Positions 36,940 through 47,088 of a DNA stretch of 64,000 nucleotides are shown piece by piece. The stretch lies in NCBI GenBank assembly GCA_052387775.1, contig JBQTIV010000051.1, forward strand, positions 375 to 64,374. Reading direction: 5' to 3'. This stretch comes from Betaproteobacteria bacterium (GTDB lineage: Bacteria; Pseudomonadota; Gammaproteobacteria; Burkholderiales; JACQAP01). How positions within the stretch are numbered: position 1 is the first letter of the stretch; each line of letters starts with the position of its first letter. Position numbers and translations under genes: made by a program. Under the pieces are notes generated by a model. It saw only the letters and a list, made by a program, of their open reading frames with translations, was not told where the DNA came from and did not search any database.

Positions 36940-38634
36940 ATGGACTATTTTGTACGGGCGCTGCAACAGAATCCGGAACTGGCGATATTCCTCACCCTCG
37001 CGATCGGCTTCCTGATCGGTCGCGTCAAATTCGGCAGCTTCAGCCTCGGAATCGTCGTCGGTACGCTCCTGGCCGGGGTCCTGATCGGGCAACTCGACAT
37101 CAAGGTCCCGGCGATCGTGAAGACGGTCTTTTTCGACCTGTTCCTCTTCACCACCGGCTACAAGGTGGGACCGCAATTCTTCCGCGGGTTGAAGGGCGAC
37201 GCGCTACCACAGGTGGCGCTCACCGTCGTCGTATGCGTCTCGTGCCTGCTCACGGCGTTCGGGTTCGCAAAGCTTCTCGGCTACGACATTGGGACGGCCG
37301 CCGGGCTCCTGGCAGGGGCGTTCTCGGAGTCCACGGTGATTGGCACCGCGGGTGAAGCGATTCAGCGGCTGGCGATTGAGGATACGGAGAAGGCCGCGCT
37401 GGTGAACAACATTCCGGTGGCCTATGCCGTGACCTACCTGGTCGGAACGGCCGTGCTGGTTTGGTTCATTCCGAAGATCGGCCCGAAGCTCATGGGCGTC
37501 AACCTCCGCGAAGAAGCCGCACGAACGCGAGCCGAAGGCGAGGCGGGCGCCGAGGCTGCGGGCACGAATGTCCTATCCGGCGCCCGACATTTCGATATCC
37601 GCGCCTACCTGGTTACCAACCCGATGCTGGTGGACAAGACGGTGTCGGAACTGGAGGCACGATCCAGGGACCTGCGTGTGTTCGTAGTACGGGTGCGCCG
37701 AGACGGCCAGATTCTCGAGTCGACACCCGATTTGGTCGTTCGAAAGAACGATGTAGTCGCCGTTTCCGGCCGGCAGGAGTTCCACACCGAGCGTGGGGAA
37801 AAAATCGGGCTCGAAGTCACGGATCGTGCTCTACTCGACGTTCCGGTCGAATCGCTGGACGTGGTAGTCACCCGTAGGAGCATCGTCGGAAAAACCTTGG
37901 CGGAAATTGCGGCGCTCGACTTCGCCCGCGGAGTGTTCCTGCGCAAGCTCACGCGGACCGGGCAGGACATGCCCGTGGCGCGCCACACGCGCATCGATCG
38001 AGGCGACGTCATGCGGCTGGTCGGTACCGAGCCCGACGTCGAGCGGGTGGCGAAGGAAATCGGTTACCCCGATCGCCCGACCTCGATGACGGACATGGTC
38101 TTCGTCGGGACCGGAATCGTGCTCGGCGGTTTCGTCGGCCTGCTCTCGGTCACGGTCTGGAGCGTACCCCTCACGCTCACTGCGAGCGGGGGAGCCCTGG
38201 TGATGGGACTGGTCTTCGGCTGGCTTCGGTCGGCGTACCCGTTCTTCGGCCGCATCCCGGAGCCTGCGATCTGGGTGTTCGATACCGTCGGCCTGTGCGT
38301 CTTCATCGGCGTGGTCGGCCTGACCGCCGGTCCGAGCTTCATCTCCGGGCTGAAGACGACCGGGGCGAGCCTGCTTTTCGTGGGGCTGGTGTCCGCCCTG
38401 CTGCCGCACACCATCGGGATCCTTTTCGGCCGCTACGTTCTGAGGATGAACCCGCTCATCGTTCTCGGCGCCTGTGCCGGAGCCGGGACAATCACCGCCG
38501 CCATGCGCGCCGTCCAGGACGAGGCCCAGAGCAGCGTTCCCGCGCTCGGCTACACCGTGCCCTATGCCATCGGCAACATTCTGCTGACAGCCTGGGGACC
38601 GGTCCTCGTGGCGTTGATGACGATCGGAAAGTGA
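36940..38634 (+). CDS. AAE-family transporter, second paralog (AspT-like)
   Basis: 564 aa with the same architecture. N-terminus MDYFVRALQQNPELAIFLTLAIGFLIG. Confidence 0.85.
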   Translation: MDYFVRALQQNPELAIFLTLAIGFLIGRVKFGSFSLGIVVGTLLAGVLIGQLDIKVPAIVKTVFFDLFLFTTGYKVGPQFFRGLKGDALPQVALTVVVCVSCLLTAFGFAKLLGYDIGTAAGLLAGAFSESTVIGTAGEAIQRLAIEDTEKAALVNNIPVAYAVTYLVGTAVLVWFIPKIGPKLMGVNLREEAARTRAEGEAGAEAAGTNVLSGARHFDIRAYLVTNPMLVDKTVSELEARSRDLRVFVVRVRRDGQILESTPDLVVRKNDVVAVSGRQEFHTERGEKIGLEVTDRALLDVPVESLDVVVTRRSIVGKTLAEIAALDFARGVFLRKLTRTGQDMPVARHTRIDRGDVMRLVGTEPDVERVAKEIGYPDRPTSMTDMVFVGTGIVLGGFVGLLSVTVWSVPLTLTASGGALVMGLVFGWLRSAYPFFGRIPEPAIWVFDTVGLCVFIGVVGLTAGPSFISGLKTTGASLLFVGLVSALLPHTIGILFGRYVLRMNPLIVLGACAGAGTITAAMRAVQDEAQSSVPALGYTVPYAIGNILLTAWGPVLVALMTIGK

Positions 38635-38716
38635 ACGCGGCCCGATGCTGCGCCGGGTCGTGTTTCGCGCCGCCGTCTTTGGCGGTGATTGAATGCTCAA
38701 ATCAAGGAGAACTCTC

Positions 38717-40108
38717 ATGACCTCGGACTCCACTTTTGAAGGGCGATCTCTCCGATCTGTACCGCGCGTCGCGGTGGGGTGGTCTATGACGATGGCGAGT
38801 CTCCTGTTGCTGGTCGGCGGCGCGCCATTGGCGCTTGGCCAGTCGCTGACTACGAATTCGGTTGAGCAGGGCGCCACACCCATGGACCAGGTCGATCTTG
38901 CCAACCCGGAACCCGAGCAAACCCTGGTTCCGGCGCCGGTCGAGCCGGAAAAGAAGTTTCCGTTCTTCGATGATTCCAAAATCAGCGCCCAACTGCGGAC
39001 TTTTTATTTCAACCGCGACAAGTACGACGATAGTAATAGTGAGGCTTGGGCGCTCGGCGGTTCGCTTTCGTACCAATCCGGCTATCTGGCCGATGTATTC
39101 CGCGCCGGTGCCGTCGCCTATACGTCGCAGCCGCTGTATGCGCCGGATGACCGCGACGGCACCTTGCTGTTGACACCCGGGCAGGAAGGCTACACCGTGC
39201 TCGGGCAGATTTACGGTGAATTCAAATTTACCGATCGACTCGCCGGGGCCTTTGGCCGTAAAGAGTACAACACCCCGTACATCAACAAGAACGACACCCG
39301 AATGACACCGAATACCTTCGAGGGAGTGAGCCTTTACGGAAAGTCGGGCGGCAAAGACGGCGCCCCCGAGTGGCGGTATGGCGGCGGCTACATCACGAAA
39401 ATCAAGGAACGCAATTCCGATGAATTTGTCTCGATGTCCGTCGACGCCGGTGCCAGCGTGGAACGCGGCGTATATGTCGCGGGCGCCAATTATTTGAAAA
39501 AGGAATTCACGATAGGCGCGGCCAACTACTACTCCGACGACATCATCAATATCTTCTACACGGAGGCCAAGTATGTGCCGTCGCTGAGTGAAGGAACCAA
39601 ATTGAAATTGGCTGCACAGTTCTCGGACCAGCAGAGCACTGGCGACGATTTGCTAACGGGGACAGCCTTTTCCACCCACCAATGGGGTGTCAAAGCTGAC
39701 CTTGATTTGGGTGCGGCGCTGTTGACCCTGGCCTACACCGATACCGCGGACGGCGCCACTATGCGCAATCCGTGGAGCGGCTATCCGGGCTACACGAGTG
39801 TGCAGGTGCAGGACTTCTTCCGTGCCGGCGAGTCGGCGGTAATGCTCAAAGCGGCATACGATTTCTCTCGCCATGGACTTAAAGGCACCAGCGCCTATGC
39901 GCTTTGGGTTCACGGCTCCGGGGTCGAAGCCCCCGCCTACAACGAAGACGAGGTCGATCTCAATCTGCAATGGGTCCCGGATAAGGGTGGCTCATTGCGG
40001 GGCATGTCGTTCCGACTGCGTTATGCCAATGTCAGCCAGCGTGGCGGCGGCGATCCGGAAATCAACGATTTTCGCTTCATCGTGAATTACGACTTCCCGC
40101 GCCCCTGA
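38717..40108 (+). CDS. OprD-family outer-membrane porin
   Basis: FFDDSKISAQLRTFYFNRDKYDD...EAWALGGSLSYQSGY and a terminal ...NYDFPRP. AAGGAGA lies 7 nt before ATG 38717; the track start at 38693 is also possible. Confidence 0.8.
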   Translation: MTSDSTFEGRSLRSVPRVAVGWSMTMASLLLLVGGAPLALGQSLTTNSVEQGATPMDQVDLANPEPEQTLVPAPVEPEKKFPFFDDSKISAQLRTFYFNRDKYDDSNSEAWALGGSLSYQSGYLADVFRAGAVAYTSQPLYAPDDRDGTLLLTPGQEGYTVLGQIYGEFKFTDRLAGAFGRKEYNTPYINKNDTRMTPNTFEGVSLYGKSGGKDGAPEWRYGGGYITKIKERNSDEFVSMSVDAGASVERGVYVAGANYLKKEFTIGAANYYSDDIINIFYTEAKYVPSLSEGTKLKLAAQFSDQQSTGDDLLTGTAFSTHQWGVKADLDLGAALLTLAYTDTADGATMRNPWSGYPGYTSVQVQDFFRAGESAVMLKAAYDFSRHGLKGTSAYALWVHGSGVEAPAYNEDEVDLNLQWVPDKGGSLRGMSFRLRYANVSQRGGGDPEINDFRFIVNYDFPRP

Positions 40109-40127
40109 GACGACAAAGGGCATTTCG

Positions 40128-41219
40128 ATGCGGATCAAGCCTTCAATAAATTGGCTGTTCGTCTTCATACCGATTTCGCTTGCACTTGAGCACGCCGGTG
40201 TGCCGGCCCCGTATGTGTTCTTTTCGGCGGCGGCTGCGATCGTTCCGATCGCGAGCCTCATCGTGCACGCCACCGAGCAGATCGCCACGCGCACGGGAGA
40301 TGCTGTCGGCGGCTTGCTCAACGCCACCTTCGGCAATGCTCCGGAGCTCATCATCGCCTTTGTCGCGCTTAAGGCGGGCCTGCTCGACATGGTGCGTGCC
40401 TCGCTCGTCGGCGCGATCCTGGCGAACATCCTGCTCGCCCTCGGTGTCGCCTTCTTGCTCGGCGGCTTGCGTTACCGCGACCAGGACTACAACCCGGCGG
40501 CTGCGCGGGTTTACAGTTCGATGATGCTGATCGCCGTCGTGAGCCTCGCGGTGCCAAGCGCATTCAGCCGCTTCTTCGCGCCCGAGGAGACGATCCGCCA
40601 GGAGACGCTGCTGAACGTGGGACTGGCTATCGTGTTGCTCATCGCCTATGCACTCTATCTCGTGTTCATGCTGAAGACCCATCCGGGCACCTTCGCCGCC
40701 AAGGGCGGCCAGCAAGGAAAGAAAGCCGAGGGCGCACACTGGAGCGTGCCGCGTGCGGTCGGGAGTCTCGTGGGCGCCTCGCTGCTGGCGGCGTGGATGA
40801 GCGAGATCCTGGTGGGTGCGGCCGAGGGCACCGGAACCGCGCTCGGCATGACGCAGGTGTTCATCGGCATTGTGTTCGTGGCGATTGTCGGCGGCGCGGC
40901 CGAAAGCGGCTCGGCCATCGTGATGGGGCTCAAGAACCGGGTGGACATGACGATTGGCATCGCGCTAGGCAGCTCGATTCAGATCGCCCTTTTCGTCGCG
41001 CCAATGCTGGTGCTGGCGAGCTATTTCATCGCGCCGCAACCACTCGAACTGTCGTTCGGGCGCGCCGAGGTCGGCGCGCTCATGATGGCGGTCCTGATCG
41101 GCGCCGTGGTATGCGGCGACGGGCGCTCCAACTGGTACAAGGGCGTGCAACTCATCACCGTCTATCTGATCATCGCCCTCATGTTCTACTTCATGCCGGA
41201 CATCGCGAACCCTGGCTAG
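40128..41219 (+). CDS. Ca2+/H+ exchanger (CAX family)
   Basis: Two GNA.E-type alpha repeats (ATFGNAPELII and GGAAESGSAIV), with 10-11 TM helices. Confidence 0.85.
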   Translation: MRIKPSINWLFVFIPISLALEHAGVPAPYVFFSAAAAIVPIASLIVHATEQIATRTGDAVGGLLNATFGNAPELIIAFVALKAGLLDMVRASLVGAILANILLALGVAFLLGGLRYRDQDYNPAAARVYSSMMLIAVVSLAVPSAFSRFFAPEETIRQETLLNVGLAIVLLIAYALYLVFMLKTHPGTFAAKGGQQGKKAEGAHWSVPRAVGSLVGASLLAAWMSEILVGAAEGTGTALGMTQVFIGIVFVAIVGGAAESGSAIVMGLKNRVDMTIGIALGSSIQIALFVAPMLVLASYFIAPQPLELSFGRAEVGALMMAVLIGAVVCGDGRSNWYKGVQLITVYLIIALMFYFMPDIANPG

Positions 41220-41273
41220 CACCTTGACCCGCAATGTGGCGACGGACGGAAGTGCGTCATTGAGGAGGATTGC

Positions 41274-41936
41274 ATGTCGGAGATGGAAAGTGAAAAGCGC
41301 GCACCGGTGCTGGATCCGATCGACCGCGTGTCGGAGATCATCTTTGGCCTGATCATGGCGTTGACGTTCACCGGCTCGCTGAGCGCAGCGACCGCGGCGC
41401 GCGAGGAAATCCGCACCATGATGTTCGCCGCGCTCGGCTGCAACCTCGCGTGGGGGCTGGTCGATGCTGTCATGTACCTCGTAAGCACGCTGACGGAGCG
41501 GACGCGTAATTTCACGCTGATGCGCCGTATCCGCAGCGCTGCGGCCGCGCGCGAGGCGCACGCCATTTTGGCCGACGCCTTGCCCGGGCATCTCGGCACC
41601 GTTATCAGCGTCGAGGGTCTGGAGGACATGCGCCGGCGCCTCGCCGCGTTGCCCGAGCCACCCGCGCACGGGCGCCTCGGCCGGAACGATTACGCCGGCG
41701 CCCTTGGCGTGTTCCTTCTCGTCGTCCTCACGACCTTTCCGGTCGTGATCCCGTTCATGCTGTTCAGTGAGACCGCCCTGGCGATGCGTGTGTCCAATGC
41801 GGTCGCGCTGGTGACGCTGTTCGCGTCCGGCTATACGCTCGGGCGCTATTCCGGCGGCGTCCCCTGGCGCTTCGGCTTGGCGATGGTCGCGATCGGAGTG
41901 GTCCTGGTGGCTGCCACCATGGTGCTCGGGGGATGA
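41274..41936 (+). CDS. VIT1/CCC1-like membrane protein
   Basis: DRVSEIIFGLIMALTFTGSL and C-terminal TM helices. GAGGAGG precedes the ATG. The family call is from memory of similar annotations. Confidence 0.55.
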   Translation: MSEMESEKRAPVLDPIDRVSEIIFGLIMALTFTGSLSAATAAREEIRTMMFAALGCNLAWGLVDAVMYLVSTLTERTRNFTLMRRIRSAAAAREAHAILADALPGHLGTVISVEGLEDMRRRLAALPEPPAHGRLGRNDYAGALGVFLLVVLTTFPVVIPFMLFSETALAMRVSNAVALVTLFASGYTLGRYSGGVPWRFGLAMVAIGVVLVAATMVLGG

Positions 41937-42592
41937 GGGTACGGCTGCCTGGCGCCGCCATTGCGGCCGCACTGCTCGTGCCCTTACTGGCCTGCGCCGC
42001 AGCGGACAGCGGAGATACAGCGTCACCGCCTTTGCCGGCCCAGACAACCGACTGGGCCTATTCCGCGACCGGCATGTATTATTTCCCTCCCGATGACGAC
42101 AATTTCCTGCTCGCCATCACCACGGCCGAGCGCGGGTCGCTGCATCTCGAGGCGCGCTACAACTACGAGGCGCAAGATACCGGGTCGCTATTCGTCGGCT
42201 GGAAGTTCTCGGGTGGCGCAAAGCTGACCTATGAGTTGACGCCGATCCTGGGCGCGGTGTTCGGCGCGACGCAGGGTATCGCGCCAGGGTTGGAGGCAAG
42301 CCTGGCGTATGGCGTTGTCGATTTCTATACGGAAGCCGAGTACCTGCACGACACCGAGGTCGAGGATGACAGCTTCACCTACGCGTGGAGCGAACTGGGC
42401 TTCAGTCCGCTGGAGTGGCTGCGCTTCGGCATCGTCGGCCAGCGCACGCGCGCCTATGACAGCGATCGCGATATACAGCGCGGCGGTTTCGCCCAATTCA
42501 TCTCCGACAATTTGACATTCGGGCTGTATGTCTTCAATCCTGAGGACAGCGCGGATCGGGTCGCGATTCTGTCGCTCGGGGCGGAGTTCTAG
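41933..42592 (+). CDS. Hypothetical outer-membrane beta-barrel protein
   Basis: Signal peptide, an alternating aromatic pattern, and a terminal ...SLGAEF. Confidence 0.5.
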   Translation: MRVRLPGAAIAAALLVPLLACAAADSGDTASPPLPAQTTDWAYSATGMYYFPPDDDNFLLAITTAERGSLHLEARYNYEAQDTGSLFVGWKFSGGAKLTYELTPILGAVFGATQGIAPGLEASLAYGVVDFYTEAEYLHDTEVEDDSFTYAWSELGFSPLEWLRFGIVGQRTRAYDSDRDIQRGGFAQFISDNLTFGLYVFNPEDSADRVAILSLGAEF

Positions 42593-42686
42593 CCGGCGCA
42601 TGCGTTGCAACATGCCCGGCGCCGCGGGGGCGCGAGTTCGGCATCGCGGTAATGATCCACACGGACAGTGCCGGCGCCCAAGTGCC

Positions 42687-42708
42687 AACCTTTCCTGACA
42701 CCTTTTCC
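42687..42708 (-). repeat. GGTGTCAGGAAC stem-loop motif, copy b
   Basis: AACCTTTCCTGACACCTTTTCC, intergenic. Confidence 0.75.
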
Positions 42709-42836
42709 CTTCGCGATCGCGTATCCTGCCTCGGGTCGAGCGCGGTAAGCCTCTCTGACCCGTCGCCCTTCGCCAAACTCATCGCCGCCAACTAAGCCGC
42801 GACGATAACGGATCGAATTCAGAACAAGAGTAATGC

Positions 42837-43862
42837 ATGACCGAGGCTTGGAGGATGCGAACGGCGGTGGGAGCGGCGTTGCTGGCGCTGACCACAGCGG
42901 GTTTTGTCACTGCCATGGCGGCGGAGCCGGAGCCGCCCCGAGGCGTGCTTGCGCTGCAGATCGAAAACGACTTATTTGCCGGAACGGACCGGAACTACAC
43001 ATCCGGCCTGCGCATCGCCTACGCGACGCCCATGGGGCCATCCCACCCGCTGGAGTCGTCGGTGCGCGCGTTGTCGCTCTTTGAAGGTGATTTGCGCGCC
43101 ACTTATTCGCTGGGCCAGACGATCTTCACGCCAATTGACATCTCCGAGACCGAGCTGATCACGGCCGATGAGCCGTATGCCGGGTACCTGTATGCGGGTT
43201 TCGGAATCGAGCCGGAGTTGCGCCTTCAGCATGGGCGCCGCATCCTCGACAGTTTCGAGCTGCAAGTCGGCATCGTCGGCCCGAGTGCATCAGGAAAGCA
43301 GACGCAGCTGGCGGCCCACAATATCACCGGGTCCATTGAAGCGAGGGGATGGGACAATCAACTGGACGACGAGCCCACGCTCAACGTCTATTTCGACCGC
43401 GTGTGGAGCAGCCTGTACGAGACCGGGATCGGCGAGGCTGGAAGTCGCTACAGCGTAGACGTCTCGCCCCACGTCGGAGCGGCGCTGGGCAACGTCTACA
43501 CCTACGCCGCCGGTGGTGCCACGCTTCGCTTCGGACGGAATCTTCCGACCGCCTTGGGCCCGCGCTCTCTGCGTCCGGGTCCACCGGGCTCGGACTACTA
43601 CAAGCCCACGCCCGAAACGCGTTGGCACCTGTTCCTCGGACTCGAAGGCCGGGCCGTTGCGCACAGCATTTTTCTCGACGGCAACACCTTCAAGGAAAGT
43701 CACAGCGTCGATAAACACGCGTTCGTCGGCGAACTTCGGGCGGGGATCAGCGCGATGTTGGGCCGCACCCGCCTCGCCTACGCCCAAGTATTCCGCACCA
43801 CGCAGTTCCATGGGCAAATTCGGGAAACATTCGGAGCCCTGAGTCTGTCGACCGCGTTCTAG
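42837..43862 (+). CDS. lpxR: LpxR-family lipid A deacylase
   Basis: LALQIENDLFAGTDRNYTSGLRIAY near the N-terminus, with a beta-barrel ending in ...LSTAF. Confidence 0.75.
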   Translation: MTEAWRMRTAVGAALLALTTAGFVTAMAAEPEPPRGVLALQIENDLFAGTDRNYTSGLRIAYATPMGPSHPLESSVRALSLFEGDLRATYSLGQTIFTPIDISETELITADEPYAGYLYAGFGIEPELRLQHGRRILDSFELQVGIVGPSASGKQTQLAAHNITGSIEARGWDNQLDDEPTLNVYFDRVWSSLYETGIGEAGSRYSVDVSPHVGAALGNVYTYAAGGATLRFGRNLPTALGPRSLRPGPPGSDYYKPTPETRWHLFLGLEGRAVAHSIFLDGNTFKESHSVDKHAFVGELRAGISAMLGRTRLAYAQVFRTTQFHGQIRETFGALSLSTAF

Positions 43863-44096
43863 GACCGCGGAGAGGCGCGCCGCTGCGGATCGAGGTCGTG
43901 GACAACGAGGATGGCGATGTCACGGTGCTCCGGATACACCGACGCGGAGGATTCGCCGGCCGGGAGCAGAAGAACCATCTGTGCGGAGATCTACACGATG
44001 GAACGCTTTAACGAGCCAGACCACAGCGATCGTTCAGACATCAGGCCGGCTCGCATGAAGCAGATTCGCCACGGGATGGGCTGGCGGGCCCAGCGT

Positions 44097-44657
44097 CTAC
44101 TTCTTGTCGACGGGCCTTACTGAGATCGCCAGTGCCTCGGTGTAGGTGATATCGACAAGATCGCCCACCTGCACCTTCTTCAGATTTGCCGGATCGCGGG
44201 CCTTGATCGTGCGCGAGTTCCCCTGCGGCCCGGTCAGGGTCACGGTGCCATTGGCCAGATCGATCGCGGTGATGGTGACCGTCAGCATCACCGACTGGCT
44301 GGCCGTTCCGGCGGGTTTGTCGCCGGGCTTCGCAGAGGTGATTCCTTCCTCGGTGCTGACAGCTGGCGCCCCTTTGCCCGCTGGCTTTACCTGCCATGCC
44401 AGCGCTTCGGTATAGGAGATGACTACCTCGTCGCCGACCTTCACTTGCCCGAGGTTCTTCACGGCCTTGTCCGCCTTGACGACGATCTCCTTGCCATACT
44501 CGTCCTTCAGCGTTACCAGGCGCGCAGACGAATCGATTGCAGTGACCGTCAGACGCGCTTCCACGACATCCTCCATCCGCCCAGCGGGCTTTTGCGGGGT
44601 CGCGCAACCGGCGAGCAGCGCCAGTGTCAGGACGACAGCGAAGATGTACCGACTCAT
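44097..44657 (-). CDS. Two-domain lipoprotein of unknown function (paralog of 21161-21736)
   Basis: Lipobox LLAGC. The second domain TLTGPQGNSRTIKARDPANLKKVQVGDLVDITYTEALAISVRP is nearly identical to the paralog. Confidence 0.7.
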   Translation of the reverse strand: MSRYIFAVVLTLALLAGCATPQKPAGRMEDVVEARLTVTAIDSSARLVTLKDEYGKEIVVKADKAVKNLGQVKVGDEVVISYTEALAWQVKPAGKGAPAVSTEEGITSAKPGDKPAGTASQSVMLTVTITAIDLANGTVTLTGPQGNSRTIKARDPANLKKVQVGDLVDITYTEALAISVRPVDKK

Positions 44658-44720
44658 GGTTGTTCGTCCTCCTGATAGTTGCCCGTAGTGTAGCTCATTC
44701 GTCGCACATGCTTGAGTGGT

Positions 44721-44751
44721 AAAGGGTTAAGTTGTCAGGAACCTTTTTGAC
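44721..44751 (+). repeat. GGTGTCAGGAAC stem-loop motif, copy c
   Basis: AAAGGGTTAAGTTGTCAGGAACCTTTTTGAC, between plpD-like and the lipoprotein gene. Confidence 0.8.
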
Positions 44752-44768
44752 CCCTCGGGGTTGCCAAC

Positions 44769-47033
44769 TTAGAAGGTGAATTTTGGGCCGAGATAAATGT
44801 ACGCGCTTTGATCATCATTCTGCGTGCGGCCATAACCTACGTAGAGCGGGCCGATCGGCGTGTCGAAGCCCAGGAACAGACTGCCCGCAGTGATGCTGTT
44901 GTCGAAAGAGATATCGTCTTTCTTCTGCCAAACGTTGCCCTGTTCGAGGCTGACCCCGGCGTAGGTCTTGAAAAACTGAACGTTGAAAAGACGGCGCATG
45001 TAAATCAACTCTATCAGCCCGGCGTTCTGGCCCGACAACTGCTGGTCTTGCAGCCCCGACAGGTCGAATAAACCGCCGAGCCTGAACAGTCCCTCCACCG
45101 GCGCCACGCCGTCAACTGTAGACGCGCCCCCGAGCCTACCGATGATCGTGTTCGCTCCCCACGAAAGCGCGTGAACATAAGCAAATTGCAATTGGTCGTA
45201 GTCACTACGGGCGCCATACTGTTCGCGGTCTGAGCGGTATTCGACGTTGCCTAAATGGCCAGTGCGGGGAAAATAGAGGCTGTCGAGCTTGTCGTCCGAC
45301 AATCGTAGAAAGAGCTCGCCACGGTCCACGTCAACGTCAGGGGCCGGTGCACCAATACTGATTTCCGCCGTGCCGCTTGCCCGGCGATAACCGAGCCGTC
45401 CCTCGCCCCAGGTGCCAAATTCGCGGCCGAATCCCAGTTCGAGCCCCGAGGCGCTCACCTGGTAGCGAGAAATCATGTTTCCGGCATCGTCGAACGTGTT
45501 CACGTTCTGTTTTCCGGCGAGGACCTTGCCGGCCACGAAATAACGCGACAATGCATCGAGCGGCTGGTGGATCTCGGTGAAGAAGACCGGTTCGTCGCCG
45601 AGTTGCAGGCCCGTACGCCACTCGCCGTTCAGTTCATTGATCTCGGTGAGCGTATGCAGCACGCCCAACCGGAACGTCGAGTCGCCTTGCATATTATTCG
45701 AAGTAGCGAGCCCGAACTGCAGGTAACCCGGACCCCAGCTCTTCTCCTTCGCACTGATCACCAGACTGGACTTCTCGTCCTCACGCACTATGTCGTAGCG
45801 CACGGACTCGAAGATTTCCAGCCCGTAGATCGTGCCGATGTCCTGTTCGAGTTGCTTCACATCCAACGGCTGGCCCGGTTTGGCCGAAATGCGCTCGGCT
45901 ATGACGGCGTCGCTTACCCGGGATTGATTTTCTACGCGAACGAAGTCGATAACCGGTGTAGCCGGCCGTCGTTGGCCGCGCGCCGCAAGGTGTCGCGCGT
46001 ATTGCTCGGGGTCAAGCGAATACCGCTGCAAGGCCTCAAGCGCCGCCCGTGCGCTCGCCTCGCCGGCCGGGATGGCTTCGGCAGCGCGATTAAAGCTGCC
46101 GCCGCCGATATCACCGAGCCCCGGTCGCATGAGCACATCCCGCGAGCTCAAGGTCTTCAGTTGTTCCTCGGTGTTCAGGGTGAACAGGTAGTTAGCGAGT
46201 TGGCCGGTAACGCTCAGCGCGCTGGTGATGTCCTCCCGTTTGAAGAGTCCGCTGCCAACATCCACCACAATAAACACTTCGGCACCCATGGCACGCGCCA
46301 CGCTCACCGGCACGTTGTTGACAATGCCGCCGTCGACCAGCAGGCGGCCGTCGATCTCGACCGGATCGAACGCGGCAGGCACCGCCATGCTCGCGCGCAT
46401 CGCCTTGGCCAGGCTGCCGGAAGCGACAAGCACCTCCTTGCCGGTTTCCAGATCCGCTGCCACCGCCCGGTAGGGGATTGGCAAACGATCAAAGTCCCTG
46501 ACATCGACAACGGGGAGAGTGAGCCGGTTGAGCGCGAGGTCGAATTTCTGTCCACGAATATAAGCCAGCGGGATCTCGATCTTGCCATGGTTGAAACCCG
46601 GCTTGACCTTGAATGCATAATTGTCGTCGTCACGCTTGCGGCGAAACGACCGGTCCGCGCGGCTGGGATAATCCACAAACAGGTCGTCCCAGTCCATCGC
46701 CAGCATTTCCCGTTCGATCTCCTGCGCGTTCATGCCCGACGCGTAGAGGCCGCCAACGATTGAACCCATGCTGGTCCCAGCGATGTAGTCGACCGGGATG
46801 CGCAATTCTTCCAACACCTTCAACACGCCGACGTGGGCGGCCCCGCGCGCACCGCCGCCGCCCAGCACGAGGCCGATGCGTGGCCGCGCGGTGGCGGCGG
46901 ATTCTTCTGCCGCCTTTGCAGCCGGTTCCGGCAACAGGAACAGGACGGACAGCGCCAGGGCCGAAAGCACCGTTGTCCAATGATTAATATGGCCTGCACC
47001 TATTGCCGATATCAATCGCAAAGAAATACTCAT
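44769..47033 (-). CDS. Patatin-like phospholipase fused to POTRA/Omp85 barrel (PlpD-like, type Vd)
   Basis: GGGGARG oxyanion motif, GTSMG nucleophile, a DGG catalytic Asp region, and a C-terminal barrel ending in ...GPKFTF. Start trimmed to MSISLRL. Confidence 0.85.
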   Translation of the reverse strand: MSISLRLISAIGAGHINHWTTVLSALALSVLFLLPEPAAKAAEESAATARPRIGLVLGGGGARGAAHVGVLKVLEELRIPVDYIAGTSMGSIVGGLYASGMNAQEIEREMLAMDWDDLFVDYPSRADRSFRRKRDDDNYAFKVKPGFNHGKIEIPLAYIRGQKFDLALNRLTLPVVDVRDFDRLPIPYRAVAADLETGKEVLVASGSLAKAMRASMAVPAAFDPVEIDGRLLVDGGIVNNVPVSVARAMGAEVFIVVDVGSGLFKREDITSALSVTGQLANYLFTLNTEEQLKTLSSRDVLMRPGLGDIGGGSFNRAAEAIPAGEASARAALEALQRYSLDPEQYARHLAARGQRRPATPVIDFVRVENQSRVSDAVIAERISAKPGQPLDVKQLEQDIGTIYGLEIFESVRYDIVREDEKSSLVISAKEKSWGPGYLQFGLATSNNMQGDSTFRLGVLHTLTEINELNGEWRTGLQLGDEPVFFTEIHQPLDALSRYFVAGKVLAGKQNVNTFDDAGNMISRYQVSASGLELGFGREFGTWGEGRLGYRRASGTAEISIGAPAPDVDVDRGELFLRLSDDKLDSLYFPRTGHLGNVEYRSDREQYGARSDYDQLQFAYVHALSWGANTIIGRLGGASTVDGVAPVEGLFRLGGLFDLSGLQDQQLSGQNAGLIELIYMRRLFNVQFFKTYAGVSLEQGNVWQKKDDISFDNSITAGSLFLGFDTPIGPLYVGYGRTQNDDQSAYIYLGPKFTF

Positions 47034-47088
47034 GCCGCAAGGGCTTGCGTCGTGCGCACGCCGTCTGTCGAAAGAGGCCTCACTGATT

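Noticed and set aside
43911-44123. 70-aa ORF in the LpxR / lipoprotein intergenic region
   Set aside because: It has no SD and no recognisable motif, its third-position GC is lower than that of its neighbours, and it overlaps the 3-prime end of the convergent lipoprotein gene.
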